Shown piece by piece: positions 1 to 15,016 of a stretch of 64,000 nucleotides of DNA (positions are counted from its first letter, which is position 1; the number at the start of each line of letters is the position of its first letter). A model generated the notes under the pieces. The model had not been told where the DNA came from and searched no databases. It saw nothing but the letters and a program-made list of their open reading frames with translations. The position numbers and the translations under genes are program-made. Source of the stretch: Chrysomallon squamiferum (Eukaryota; Animalia; Mollusca); contig CM022676.1 of NCBI GenBank assembly GCA_012295275.1, positions 8,990,001 through 9,054,000 of the forward strand, in the 5' to 3' direction.

Positions 1-779
1 GGCGTCGTATGCGGCTGCTTGATGAGGCCGCTTGAAGCAAAGAAAAAATCGAAGAAGTCGAAGAAAGTGGGTCAAAACGGATCGGAGAAACACGACAAGA
101 GGTTTCTGTTTCCGAACTCGACGGGAACCGCCGATCACGCTCACTCTGTTCCGAACATCGTTCTTTCGTCGGTGAATCCGGAAAAACCCATTCCAAAAAT
201 AGAAATCGTCAAGATGAGCCCGGCGTCTTCCAAACGTCACTTAAAGCCGCAGCTGATCACGATTCTCGACGGAAACGACGCAGACGGAAACGGCGAGCCG
301 GGACCGAACATCAGGCTGCTGGATATGGAGGACATGATTCACCATAGCAACCAGTACGAGCGGAACGAAGCGAACAGGACGTTCATTTCCGAAGCCAACC
401 TGAACAAGCTGAAAACAGAGCTGTCGAGGCCGATGTACCGCAAAGACATCTTCTACAGCGGCAGCATCATGCACATCCCAGAATTCCGCGTCCAGCCGGA
501 CATGAAGAACTACATCCGGAGCGTCACGAGCATTCAGAGCATTGAGGAGATGAACGACATTCCGTGCTTGAAGTGCCTCCCGAGGTCGTCACGTGACACG
601 CTGGCCGACATGCTGAACGTGCACCTGTTCAAGAACGTGACGTTTCTGTTCATCTGTCTGGGCAACGTTCTGGCGATGTTGGGCTTCTACGTGCCTTTCG
701 TTTACCTCGCCGACAGAGCGATCCGACTAGGAATTGAGGAGCAGAAAGCAGCGTTTCTTTTGTCAATCATTGGTAACTT

Positions 780-838
<59 letters not shown>

Positions 839-977
839 GGGTCTCTGTTCTTCTTTCTCTGTTTTTTATTTTTTAAATGTTTAAAAAAAAAAAAAAAAAA
901 ATATTATTTTTTTTAATTTTTCTTTGTGACACTTTCCCGGTGTTTCTTTCTTCACACGGCGAAGAAATTTCTGTTTA

Positions 978-1044
<67 letters not shown>

Positions 1045-1592
1045 CTCTTTCTCTCCGTCTGTCTGTTATATGTGTGTACCTGACTGTCCATCCATCCCTC
1101 TGTCTCTCTATTTTTTCTATTCTTACTCTTTCTCTTTCTTTTCTTTTCTTATCTTTCACTGTCTGTCTCTCTGCCTGTCTATGTATGAATCTGTCTCTCT
1201 ATCTCTCTGTCTGTCTGTCTATATATCTATCCGTTTGTGAGTCGACTCTCCGTCTTTTTCTCTTTGTCTGTCTCTCTCTCACCTTTTCATCTTTCTTTGT
1301 GTTCTGTCATCATCATCATCATTATTATTATTATTATCATTATTATTATTATTATGATCATTATTATTATTATTATCATCATCATCATCATCATCATTAT
1401 TATTATTATTATTATCATTATTATTATTATCATCATCATTATTATTATCATCATTATTATTATTATCATCGTTATTATTATTATCATTATCATCATTATT
1501 ATTATCATTATTATTATCATCATCATCATCATCATTATTATTATTATTATTATCATTATTATTATTATTATTATCATCATCATCATCATCAC

Positions 1593-1674
<82 letters not shown>

Positions 1675-1680
1675 ATTATT

Positions 1681-1752
<72 letters not shown>

Positions 1753-2086
1753 ACTATTATTATTTACAGGTATTACAAACACAATTGGAAGAATTTTAGC
1801 CGGGTTCTTAGCCGATCTCAGGAAAGTCGACAGTCTTGTGATAAACAACGTTGCCATGGTGATTCTGGGCGTGGGAACCATGTTGGCGCCATTCTGTGAT
1901 AATTACGCTCTTCTCTGCTTCTTTGCGGCGGTTTTCGGTCTTTGCGTCGGTACGTGAACGATTACGTAATGACACCGTAAAGTGCGAGTAGCGTTTTAAA
2001 TTTATTTTATTTTATTTTATTTTATTTTATTTTATTTTATTTTATTATTTTATTTTTTTTTTTTTATTTTTTATTTTTTATTTTTT

Positions 2087-2121
<35 letters not shown>

Positions 2122-2137
2122 TTTATTTTTTTCGATT

Positions 2138-2170
<33 letters not shown>

Positions 2171-2247
2171 ATTCGATTTTATTTTATTTTATTTTATTTT
2201 ATTTTTTTTTTATTATTTATTTATTCGTTATTTATTTATTTAGTTAA

Positions 2248-2336
<89 letters not shown>

Positions 2337-2376
2337 TTTTTAAAGTTAAATATACTGTAGTCTGCATTGTTGTATA

Positions 2377-2417
<41 letters not shown>

Positions 2418-2877
2418 TTTGTCCGTGTTTGTTATGTGTTTGTCTGTGAGTATTTGTCCGTATATGATCAAGATGTTTGTGTTCGTGTATGTGTTATATA
2501 ATTAGTCGTGGTTGTAGATGTAATAATTGTAGTAATAGAATAAAATTAGTAGTAGTAGTAGTAGTAGTACTAGTAGTAGCAAAGATAATAACAGTAATGT
2601 TGTAATAGATTTAGTATTTATTTATTTATTTTTATTATTTACTTACTTACATACTTATTTGTTTGTTTATTTATATATTTATTTATCTACTTATTTACTT
2701 GCGTATTTACTTACTTTCTTAAATATTGTTTTATTTATTTTTATTATTTTATTTATTTGTTTATTTATTTATTTATTTTTATTTTTTATTTATTTATTAA
2801 CTTACTTGCACATTTATTATTTATTTATTTATTTACTTATTTATTTATTTTATTTATTTATTTACTTATTTACTTAC

Positions 2878-2964
<87 letters not shown>

Positions 2965-3395
2965 TTTCACAGCTGCCTACATTTCGCTGACATCCATTAT
3001 TCTCTGTGATCTTCTTGGACTGGAGAACCTGACGAACGCGTTTGGACTTCTGACCCTGGCTCGGGGCGTGTCTTCAACAGTAGGCCCCCCAATAGCAGGT
3101 TAGTGGCATGAACGAACGAAGACAATGAAAGAACGAGTGAATGAATGAATGAAAAGATTGTAGTATGTAATATTATCACAAAGTTATTGAAAGTTAATCA
3201 AATGATTATTAGAAGAAAGAGACAGCAAAATATAGATGTCTTAAGTTTTGACTCATCATTAATGAGTACTTTTTTGGAACGGGATATTGCCAGCTGGTTG
3301 GAGAGAATACCTTTCGGAATAAATGAAATGAACGAAACTAAAATAATACTGATTTGAAAATAATAAATACAAAAATAAATAAAGAGGAGAATAGC

Positions 3396-3488
<93 letters not shown>

Positions 3489-3731
3489 CTCAAAGAAATA
3501 CCTACATCTCTCAATCAAATAATTATAATAATCTGACTCGTTTTCGTTTCAGGTGCCGTATTCGAAATCAGCCAAAACTACGACATTTCCTTTTACATGG
3601 GCGGGGCTCTTATTATAGGTGGCGCCCTCTGCCACATCCTGTTACACACGCCATGCATGACCAGACGAACAAAGCAAGCTACCCAAGATGCCGCAGTTTT
3701 TACAAAAGTTGGAATCGAGGAAGCGACATAG
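1..3731 (+). CDS. SLC16/monocarboxylate transporter-like MFS protein, paralogue 1 (5' part lies upstream of the window)
   Basis: Exons <1-772, 1770-1949, 2973-3098, 3553-3731 (TAG); all introns GT-AG, phase 1, frame preserved. Translation runs from the TM6 end ([10 protein letters not shown]) through a long loop with RKDIFYSGS to [41 protein letters not shown] and [20 protein letters not shown], typical of the SLC16 C-terminal half. Confidence 0.93.
781..1765. repeat. Compound intronic microsatellite (CTGT)n/(CT)n/(ATT,ATC)n/(GTT)n
   Basis: Visible directly; produces the spurious poly-I/V/Y/H/C ORFs. Confidence 0.95.
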
Positions 3732-5698
3732 GATTATCGAACAAAACAAACAGAAAACTGTTAAGGATATGTAGAATTGTTGAGCAAATATTAATCTATG
3801 AACGGAAATCAGGCATAATGGGACAAGTTTGGAACTAGAAAAAGACTTTATGGAAAAAAAGCTCAGTTAAGATATATATATATATATTTGTCTGTGTGTA
3901 TGTATGTATGTGTGTATGTATGCATGTATGTATGTATATATATCATAGTACGTATGGTATTTGTTTAACACTATATATAATGTGTATGTAACAGATGTTA
4001 ATACTGTTACTATGTATGACGTATCCATTGACGTGGAAGCGGGTTAAAAGTATACTACAGATTGTTTAACATGTTCTTATTATGACGTCATAATTTATAG
4101 AAGATGACGTGAGAACAACAACAAAAAAAATAATTAAATACAACAAGGAAGAGAAAACATTTGAAACCAACATTAACAATTAAAGGGTTTTACTAACACA
4201 AAATCTATCGGCATGAACAGAAATTATAGAGTTAATGCCAGTATGATTTACAGATGGCTTCATTAATATAAGTATTGCAAGGAACAGTAGTTACAGAATG
4301 AATTCCTGTATTGTTTGTTGGAAGAATAATGATCAAAGAGCTTATGTCTATGTTAGATATTTTGCAAATAATATAAATTTACAGAGTTAACGCCTATAAT
4401 TATTATTGAAAAGTTAATTCCTGAAAAAAAAGAGTCCAATAATGAAGTTAAGAAATAGAAGAGATTAGCAGTAAAAGGGTTAATTTGTAGTTCAAGTATA
4501 ACAGTTCAAAGATTAATCACTGTTTTACATGTTTTTATTATTATTATTAGCAGTTAAGGGGCCAGAGACTAAAGTTTATGTGCTTACGAATATATATATA
4601 TATATATTTATGTCGGCAAAAGTAACAGAATAAGAGTTAATGCAGTTCATGTTATTACGAATAGCAGTATTGGGGTTAATTATTAATTTTTATATTTTTT
4701 TTATTTTTACAAATACTAATTTCTATTCCCAAGTGTCAATAACCCCTAACTAAGCCAGAAATTAATATAACATGTTGTATGTACGTGATTGTGTGAGCAT
4801 GGGCGTTTTTTTTTTTTTTTTTTTGTCTGTGTGTGATCTTTTAATCTGTCTCTGTGTGTATGTGCGTTTGTTCATTGTGCGTGAGCGTGTGTAATGTAGG
4901 CACGGGCGAGTGAATAAATTATGTTAATACAATTGAGCTTTTTTGTTTTCGTACTCTTAAACACACAGACGAATTGAACATAAAAAGACAGGTTGAGATA
5001 GTGGGATAGAGAAACCTAGATCATTTCAGAGACGTGGTGGAATATCTGATACATTTAGAAAAGGTGCAGATCTAAAAGAGTGGTGGGAGTGGGGGTGGGT
5101 TGAATGGGGGGGTGTTTCTGGATCCGCCATGTTCGCGACGAACAAACTTGACTATACATTTGTTTTTAAAATGTACAGTCAGAATATAATAAATTTTATT
5201 TCTATTCCTGTTAGCATGTGTATATGTGTCACACAAGTATGTATGCATGCACGCATATGCACAAAAACACGCACACACGCATCAGATACAACATAACAAC
5301 AGTTTTTTGTGTTTGTTTTTTAGTTTGTTTTTGTTTTTTATTTTTTTGAAACTTTTAACATTAATAATGAACCGGAGGTCTGGATACATACATAATTCTT
5401 GATCTGCTCCTTAATAACAGATAACGTTTTAACATTGGATATATTTATTTTTGAATAGAAAGTCGTAACATTCGGTGTATGTTTATAGAAGAATGAATTA
5501 TACAGAGTGTCACTAATGATTTTTAAAATAATATTTCATGTGTTTTGAAATAAATATTGTAAGTCCCTTTTCATAATTTTTGTATTCTTTTTCTTTGTTT
5601 GTTTGTTTGTTTGTTTGTTTTGTGTGTCTTTTTGTTTGCTGTTGATCTTATTATATATTATCGTCATATATATATATACATAGAGCCATACGCATGAA

Positions 5699-5732
<34 letters not shown>

Positions 5733-5809
5733 CATTCATGCTTACATACATTATTTAAATATATACATACATATACATACAGACAGACATTCTATACATA
5801 CACACATAA

Positions 5810-5875
<66 letters not shown>

Positions 5876-5915
5876 TATTATTATTATTAATTTTAATTTT
5901 TAATTTTTTTATATA

Positions 5916-5947
<32 letters not shown>

Positions 5948-6906
5948 TTTTTTTTTTTTTATATATATATTTTTTTATTATAATTTTTTTTGTATTTTTT
6001 TTTTTGTATTTTTTTATTTTTTTTTTTGTCTTCCTACTTCACTTTAACTTGTTTTTAAATCTATGTGACAATAACACCATCACCCCATTTTGAAATCTTC
6101 GTACTTCTACAGAGATGTCTAATTCACAGTACTTCCTTGATCGCTGGGGAAGACGGTGAACGTTGCAATCCATGCTGTGAAATAGACAGCGGGATTCCAT
6201 AAACCATCCTTAAAACATGTCACATCGCGCTGAGTTCCGAGAAAATCGGTCAAGTCAATTTCTCGGAAACTGTCGTAATAAACTGAAGTAATACAGCGTA
6301 TTGTTTTAGGAGGGTTTTTTTTTTTTTTTTTTTTTTTTTTTCATGTTTTTCTGTTGTTTGTTGTTGTTGTTTGTTTTGTGGTTTGTTTTTTTTTTTTTTT
6401 TTTGTGGGTTTTTTTTTTTTGTTTGTCAATAAGTGTTTTTTCTTTCTTATTTATTTATATTTTCTTTGCTTGTTTATTTATTTGTTTATTTTGTTTGTTT
6501 GTTTGTTTGGTTTGGTTTGTTTATTTTGTTTGTTTGTTTGTTTGGTTTGTTTTGTTTTTTTCCTTCTTTCTTTATTTAGTTGCTTATATACTTCTTTATT
6601 TACTTACTTGTTATTATTTAATTAATAAGTTTGTTTGTTCACTTATTTATTTATTCATTTATTTTTTTATAGATACTTCCAGATTCATTCGTTTGTTTAT
6701 CTGTGTGTGCACATTCATTCGCGCTTGTTCGTAACTGACAACCTTCTTGTTTACTTGTTTATTTTATTTATCTCATTGTTGCTGTTGTTCGTCTGTGACG
6801 GTTTATCTGAAACAAACAAGTACGTCGTCTCAACTGAAATTTAACTCGAACACTTACAAACAGTTCAGACGTTACCAGTTTATCTTACACGTACCCGAGT
6901 CTAGTC

Positions 6907-6929
6907 GGGTCAAAGGTCAACCAAGGTCA
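6907..6929 (+). promoter_or_regulatory. Candidate nuclear-receptor element: DR1 GGGTCAaAGGTCA plus CAAGGTCA
   Basis: Motif match only (gggtcaaaggtcaaccaaggtca); function untested. Confidence 0.3.
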
Positions 6930-6971
6930 TGAAGTCAACAATCATTGAAAATTAAGACAAACTATGATGAT

Positions 6972-7231
6972 AACTGTCCTCACTCCACATATGACAGAAA
7001 GACAGATAGATAGATAGATAGATAGACACATAGATAGAAAAGATAGAGAGGTAGAAGTAAATAGAGATAGGCTGAGAGATAGTGTGAGAGTTAGATAGAC
7101 AGATAGACAGACAGACAGAGAGACAGACACACAGACAGACAGACAGACAGAGAGATAGATAGACAGACAGATAGACACATTAGATAGAAAATATAGAGAG
7201 GCAGAAGTAAATAGAGAGCCAGAAAGAGAGA

Positions 7232-7263
<32 letters not shown>

Positions 7264-7268
7264 AAGAG

Positions 7269-7315
<47 letters not shown>

Positions 7316-7356
7316 AAGAGAGATAGATAGATAGATAAATAGACAGACAGAAAGAG

Positions 7357-7415
<59 letters not shown>

Positions 7416-7710
7416 CAGAGAGATAGATGGATAGATAGATAGATAGACAGACAGAAAGAGAGATAGATAGATAGATAAATAGATAGATAGATAGATAAAT
7501 AGATAGACAGACAGAAAGAGAGATAGATAGATATACAGATAGATAGACAGAGAAACAAATAGGTATGCATGTAGATAGAGGAATATATACATAAACGGAT
7601 AGACAGACAAACAGAAAGACAGACAGACAGACAGACGAACGGTCGGATAGACAAACGGACAGACAGATAAATACATAGACTGACTGATAGACAGACAGAC
7701 AGACAGGTAA
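6972..7710. repeat. (GATA)n/(GACA)n compound microsatellite
   Basis: Visible tetranucleotide array of about 740 bp. Confidence 0.95.
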
Positions 7711-9722
7711 ATGGATTAGATACGACACCCATCTATTCAGGCGTTTCAAAACTAGCTACACAAGAAAACCGAGCGAAAACAAGAAACTGCAAAAACTGAA
7801 CTCCAGCGAGGAAAGATCCTGCGACTCGCCACGCCTCAGGTTTTGTGTTCGGCAGAAAAACGAAGAGGTGATCTAAAGCTTAACACTTTCAGATACGTCG
7901 CTGAAGACAAATTTTTTTATCATGATTTGTTTCCCACCTGTTTGCTTTGAGATTGTAGGTCATTTATAAAAAATTTTTTTTTTTTTTTTTTTTTCTATTG
8001 TTGCCACCGTGGTAGTGTTACTTTTGATAACAGCTACAACGGTACGTATCCTCGATAACGGTAAACGGTTTACCGACTGCGCATGTCAGATAATGACGTA
8101 TGTACTACGTGACAGGTGGCAATAACAGTACTTACGTCATATACCCAGTGACAAATTATGTAGAATGATGTATAGGTTTGGTAAGCTGTGAAAAAAATAC
8201 ACCCTGGAAACAACTTCATACAGTGCTGCACTTTGTTTATTTATGAGAGTGGGGGTTGTTTTTTTGGGGGGGTGCGTGTGCGTGTGCGTGTGCGTGTGTG
8301 CGTGCGTATGTGTGTGTATTTGTGTATATATCTATACACACAGAGGAACAACAAAACAACAACAATAACAACAAATAATAATAATAATAATAATAATAAC
8401 AACAACAACAAAAACTGGACAACATGAACAGGAATAAGTAACAGTAAAAAGTAATAATAAAAATAACAATAAAAATTATTATAATAATAATTATAACGAT
8501 GATGATGATGATGATAACTCTAATAATATTAATGACAATAACAACAACAACAACAACAAAACAAAGTACTACTGTACTACTACTAATAATAATTAAAATA
8601 ATAACACCAACAATAACAAAAGAATAACAACAACAACAACAACAAAAACAACTAATAATAATAATAACAATGATGATTATGATGAGAATAAAGATGATGA
8701 TGATGATGATGATAACAATAACAACAACAACTATAAGAACAACAATAGCAAAAATACTGTTTATTATGATGAGGCTAATGATGATCATCATCATAGTAAC
8801 AACAACAACAACAACAATTACGACAAAAGTAGCAAAAACACCGTGGTGATGAAAATATTGCAGCAGAGCGCCTTTAACCGTCTCTTACACGGTTTTCAGA
8901 AATGAGTGTAAATACGGGTCAACCCCGCTGGACACTGCTGTTTAATCACCTTCGCTCGCAGATCAGATAATGTTCTGCACGGCTACCGGAGAGATAAACA
9001 CCTGATCTTGCAGTCATTACCCTGCACTTTAGTCCGTGTGTTGACTTCACTTTGCAAACAATAACAGTTATAAGCGCGGTTTCAAACAGTCTACAGCCTT
9101 TTTTTTTGTATTAAGCTATATTAAGCTATATCATTTATTATTATCAACCTATGTTTTGGTTTTAACTTTATTTTAATTTTTAAAAAAAAATATATATTTT
9201 TTTTTTTTTGCTTTGTAAATTCATTTTTCGTGTTTCCGAGTCGAAAACGAGACGGCACGATAATGGGTCGGATTGTGCTATCAACGTCTTGATCGCTAGA
9301 GTGATGTCCCTTGGCATCGCCTCGCTGCCACACAGGGTGACGCTGTTCGGATGCTGAAATTCGTTCGTACGCAAATCAGGTTAGTAACTTTAAGGTCATT
9401 TGTGACTCTGTTTCTTTTTTCTTTTTTTTTTTTTTTTTTATATATATATATTTCTGGTCCTTTCAGTTGCAAATTGCTGCTTTTATATTTTCGTTGTTTG
9501 TACCGTGCATTTGCGGTCGTGGTAAATTTAGGAATTTGCTGATTATGCACAGTCAGCTGCTACGATGGTTATGATACAAACAGTTTTTCGGGTGGTGCAT
9601 ATGTAGATAGATAGAGAAGCTTAGTAAAACAGAGATACACTCAGAAAGATATATATATATTTATGTAACTCTCCCGCTCTCTCATATATATATATATATA
9701 CATATTTCTGAGTGTATCTCTG

Positions 9723-9755
<33 letters not shown>

Positions 9756-9897
9756 CAGTAACTCTCCCTCTCTCAGTATATAAGTGTGTTCATATATATA
9801 AGTTTGTGTGTGTGTGTATATATATACATAGAAAGAGAGTTTATTATATTTGTGTTTTAGTTTAGAGTGTACGAAAGTAGTGGGTTTCCATCTAGCC

Positions 9898-10025
<128 letters not shown>

Positions 10026-10119
10026 GTCTCTGTCTGTATGTGTATAAACATATTTGTATGTATGCATGTTAATATTTAAACATGTTAAATTTTCAAACAT
10101 GACAGATTCTTTGTTAAAA

Positions 10120-10252
<133 letters not shown>

Positions 10253-10488
10253 AGTCTTTATTTATCTCGTTTTCACACATACACACACACTTAAACAGAA
10301 AACACAAGACACGTACACGCACAGCAGAAGACACGTACACGCGTACATGTAGCACAGATTATTACTACCAACCACTCCTCAATGAAAACAAAAAACTGTT
10401 ATCATTTACCATTCACGATAAAAAAAAAAAAAAAAAAAAAAATACCCTACCTTGTCTTTCTTAACAGTCTGTTTACGATTTTCATCTC

Positions 10489-10559
10489 TGACCTTGACAT
10501 TCGTCCAGGCCTTTTGACCCCTGACCTTGAAACCTGTACAGGGCTTTGACCCCTGACCC
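10489..10559 (-). promoter_or_regulatory. Candidate nuclear-receptor cluster: two DR1 elements and two TCAAGGTCA sites
   Basis: tgaccttga 10489, tgacccctgaccttga 10515, tgacccctgaccc 10547; motif match only. Confidence 0.3.
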
Positions 10560-11349
10560 TGTAGTTAATTAATATTTGTTTTATAACATTAGCAAAAGTT
10601 ACGGTCTGGAAAAGTTACGTTTGTTGTGTTACAAACGTTCATAGCGTTACGGCATATTTTGTAATCTCTTACTTCAGTCATAAGCCATTAGGTACACTTT
10701 CTTTCAACGGAAGGATAAAAAAAAAAAAAAAAAAAATCACTTTAATCCTAGAAGTAAAATTCGTTGTTTACAGCCATCATCATCATCACTGGAAGCAGCA
10801 GATACGTCTTACATTCAAATTTGTCTTCTACTACACTAAACTTAAATAATCACTATTGAAAAAGAACCGAACTGAGAAGAGTTATACTCAAGATCATTTC
10901 AGTTGAGTTTGGTTCTTGTTTGACTACAAGAGACACACGGTCGAACAAGAAAAATAAGTCAGGTTGTACTGTTTAACTTCGTGGAATATTACAAGCGTTG
11001 AGATTTTTTGCCCTAAAAAAAAAAAAAAAAAAAACCCAGAAGGTTTGTTGCAGCTTGTTTCAAATTTATCAAATTAATCTGCATGAAATATAATTTTTTC
11101 TTTTTCTTTTTTCTTTATTTATTTATTTTTTTTTGTTGTAATTATTATTATAATTTTTTTCATTATTTTTGCTATTATTTTGTTCTTTTGTTCGTTCATT
11201 TATCTTTTCTGTTGAGCGGAAATATACGATTGTTACTATGTATGTATAGATGATATATGTATATAAAAGTTATTTTACGTGTCTGTATGTTTATGAATGT
11301 ATCTATGTATATATGTGTGTGTGTGTCTTTCTCTCTCTCTCTCTCTCAC

Positions 11350-11409
<60 letters not shown>

Positions 11410-12355
11410 ATGTATATTCTTTGATTATCACTGTGGGAATATTATCTAACTTTGTTTATCTTTTGTTAGCACGTTAAAGAAATAAAACTTCAAGGTTTAT
11501 CAATGGCAAAGCAGATTATCATAATGAAATTCATTTCTGTTCACTTCCCAAATCCTAAATTGGATAAACACAGATCAAGATCCGAAAGAGAAGTTAATGT
11601 TAAGAATTATATGGCTTTACAAAAGTTAGCTTGGAGACTATTACATAGCAAATAAAACCTGGCAAAAAATGATTTAAGATTATAAATGTATCTAAATGAA
11701 ACTGAAGGTTAAATTTTCGCTATGAAAATCAAAATGTTATACAACATAGCTTATCCTTTGTTCAGAATTAAACGGTCTTGTATTTTATTTATTTATTATC
11801 TCTCTAACTATCTGTCTACCTATATATCTTATCTTTCTATCTGTCTTTGTATCTATGTATCTATCTATCTTTGTCTCTTATTTATTTATTTAGTAGTTTC
11901 AGATGTTATAACACTCATATTGTGACTTCATTAGGTTACGAAATACTTTTTGATTATGACGTCATTGGTTCATATAGCTTTCCTTAATAAAACGATAACA
12001 TCAAAAAGGCTAATATGAAGATTACGACATTGTATGGGGGTTAACAGGCACTTTCTGTGTATTTGTGGTTAATGACGTCATTCAAATATCACGTCACTGC
12101 GCCTGATAATTTATACGCTGAGTCGTAATTTAAAATATCCGTTTTAATAGCTTTTTTAGGTGTATGAATATATACAAGAGGGTTAATAAAAAAATAACAA
12201 TAAAGAAATATATATATATAACATATGGAGGTTCACACTTTACTTACATAAACATGCATGTCCCTTTCTCTCTCATTTCTTCGTCTCTGTGTTTCGCACC
12301 GTCTGTCTCTCTCTTTCTCTGTGTGTGTTTCTTTCTTTGTCTCTCCACCTCTCTC

Positions 12356-12421
<66 letters not shown>

Positions 12422-12457
12422 TCTTTCTCTTTCTGTCTCTCTCTCTCTGTGTGTGTG

Positions 12458-12552
<95 letters not shown>

Positions 12553-12807
12553 TCTCTCTCTTCCACACACTGAAGAGAACATAAAACTCAAAATAAAAAA
12601 ATGTATTACAACAAATAGCCTTGACACTTCAGACAAGCAGCGTATTAGATAAGTAGTCAGTCATATTAACAGTCAGTGACATGTATATTTACAAGTCCTG
12701 ACCATAATTAACACAACAATAGAACCATAAATAAAAAATTAGCTTTTAAAACTCTGTAACTGATATTAAGATCTCTTCAATACTTTTATTTTAATTTATT
12801 ATTATGA

Positions 12808-12849
<42 letters not shown>

Positions 12850-13636
12850 CAAAATGTTCATGTGAGTCGTTTGTGCTTGGTACCAGTTTGTCACGATTAT
12901 AACAAATAATATAAAAACACTTAATATAAATGAATTCTTCTAAATTGCTGTTTTTCTTTTTTTATCTAATATCAGTGAAATGTTTTTGTTTGTGTTCAGT
13001 TTCTGGAACGGGATATATTAAATGAAATACCGATTCTTTTTAATGCATGATTCTTAAGCCTATGGTAATGCCAGAGAAAATATAATGAAATGAAATGAAA
13101 TAAGTAAATAAATAAATAAATAAATAAATTTAATGGGACTATTTTCTCTCATTTCTGCACATGTAAGATACGTTAATTATTTAATTATTTATTCATTCCT
13201 TCATTTATTCATTCAAGTATTTATTGATAGATTTATTGATTTATCCATTCATTCGTTCATTCATCCTTTCATTTATGCATTCATTCATTCAAATTATTTC
13301 CTCTTTATTTATTTATTTATTTATTTAATTATTTATTTATTTATTTATTTTACAAGCTTTGGTATGTAAACAAACAGAAATTTACATCACAAATGTTGTT
13401 AATATAACAGATTAACTTAATGAACAATCTCCCTGTTTTTAATCTTGTATTGACATTCATACACAGACAGTTCAACATCTGATTATGTCACATAATATTG
13501 CATAATAAATATTACATAATATTATGTTGGGCATTGTATTTCAAGTTTGCGCTGACCCGTGTGTGTGTGGCGCATTCTTGAACTATAATGCTCAACTTAA
13601 ATATTAACATGCACACATACAAATACGTTTATATAC

Positions 13637-14115
<479 letters not shown>

Positions 14116-14598
14116 AGGAGCATTCATCCATACTGTGTAACATGTACATCAGGATATAATATTATGCACATGTATTTATTTGTCCTTGAAGATAAAATGA
14201 CATTTTTCCATGTATGTACACATATAGGTACGTAGCTAAATCCCCATTATACTGCCATATATGTATCTATGTAAACACAGGTTAATACCTGGTACATGCT
14301 TGTATGCATGTACATAGATTTGTAGGCAAATAGAAACACCTCTATTTACATTCCGTTCTTAATTAACAGAATACGAAACTTTGAACCGAATTAATGACAA
14401 CACAATACCGCGGATTTATCAACAACTTGTTTACTTACTTACAGGATAAACAATGCACGACGTATCAGATATTCTGAGCATGCGCAGTAACTTATACAAA
14501 AACTGCTTCTGAAGTCACCGATCTGAGGCTTCAATCTTTTAGGTGGCTATAAATTTCTGCACTTTTAAAAAAATAATAATAATTTGTTATATTTCATT

Positions 14599-14633
<35 letters not shown>

Positions 14634-14713
14634 TTACTATTATTATTATTAGTAGTAGTATTAGTATTAGTATTAGTATTAGTATTAGTATTATTAAATG
14701 GTTGTGACAGTGT

Positions 14714-15016
14714 TTAAAAGATCATATGTGTCTCTTCTCATTCATATTGTCTTTGCGAAATATAACTACCTTGTTAATAACTAAAATAACATATAACAAC
14801 CGTTAAAGTCTATGAGAAGGTAGATATAAAGGAACGCTTTCTGCTAAATAGCTATAACATAAAAGGACTTAAAAGACCACTGGCATTTCTTCTCATTCAT
14901 ATTTACTTTTCGAAATATAAGAGAATTGCTAATAATTATCCGAATTAGAAGTAATAAGCGTTATCGTTCATGGGAAGGTAGATATAAAGGAACGCTTTCC
15001 GCTAAATGGCTTCAAC
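14714..15016 (+). repeat. Diverged ~156-bp tandem duplication, each copy with a TATAAA
   Basis: tcttctcattcatatt at 14733 and 14888; gaaggtagatataaaggaacgcttt at 14816 and 14974. Confidence 0.8.

Noticed and set aside
1074-1899. Long poly-His/Tyr/Cys, poly-Ile/Val and poly-Asn/Asp ORFs
   Set aside because: Translations of an intronic trinucleotide microsatellite; only 1770-1949 is a real exon.
6942-7749. 190-240 aa LSIY/LSVC ORFs
   Set aside because: (GATA)/(GACA) repeat translations.
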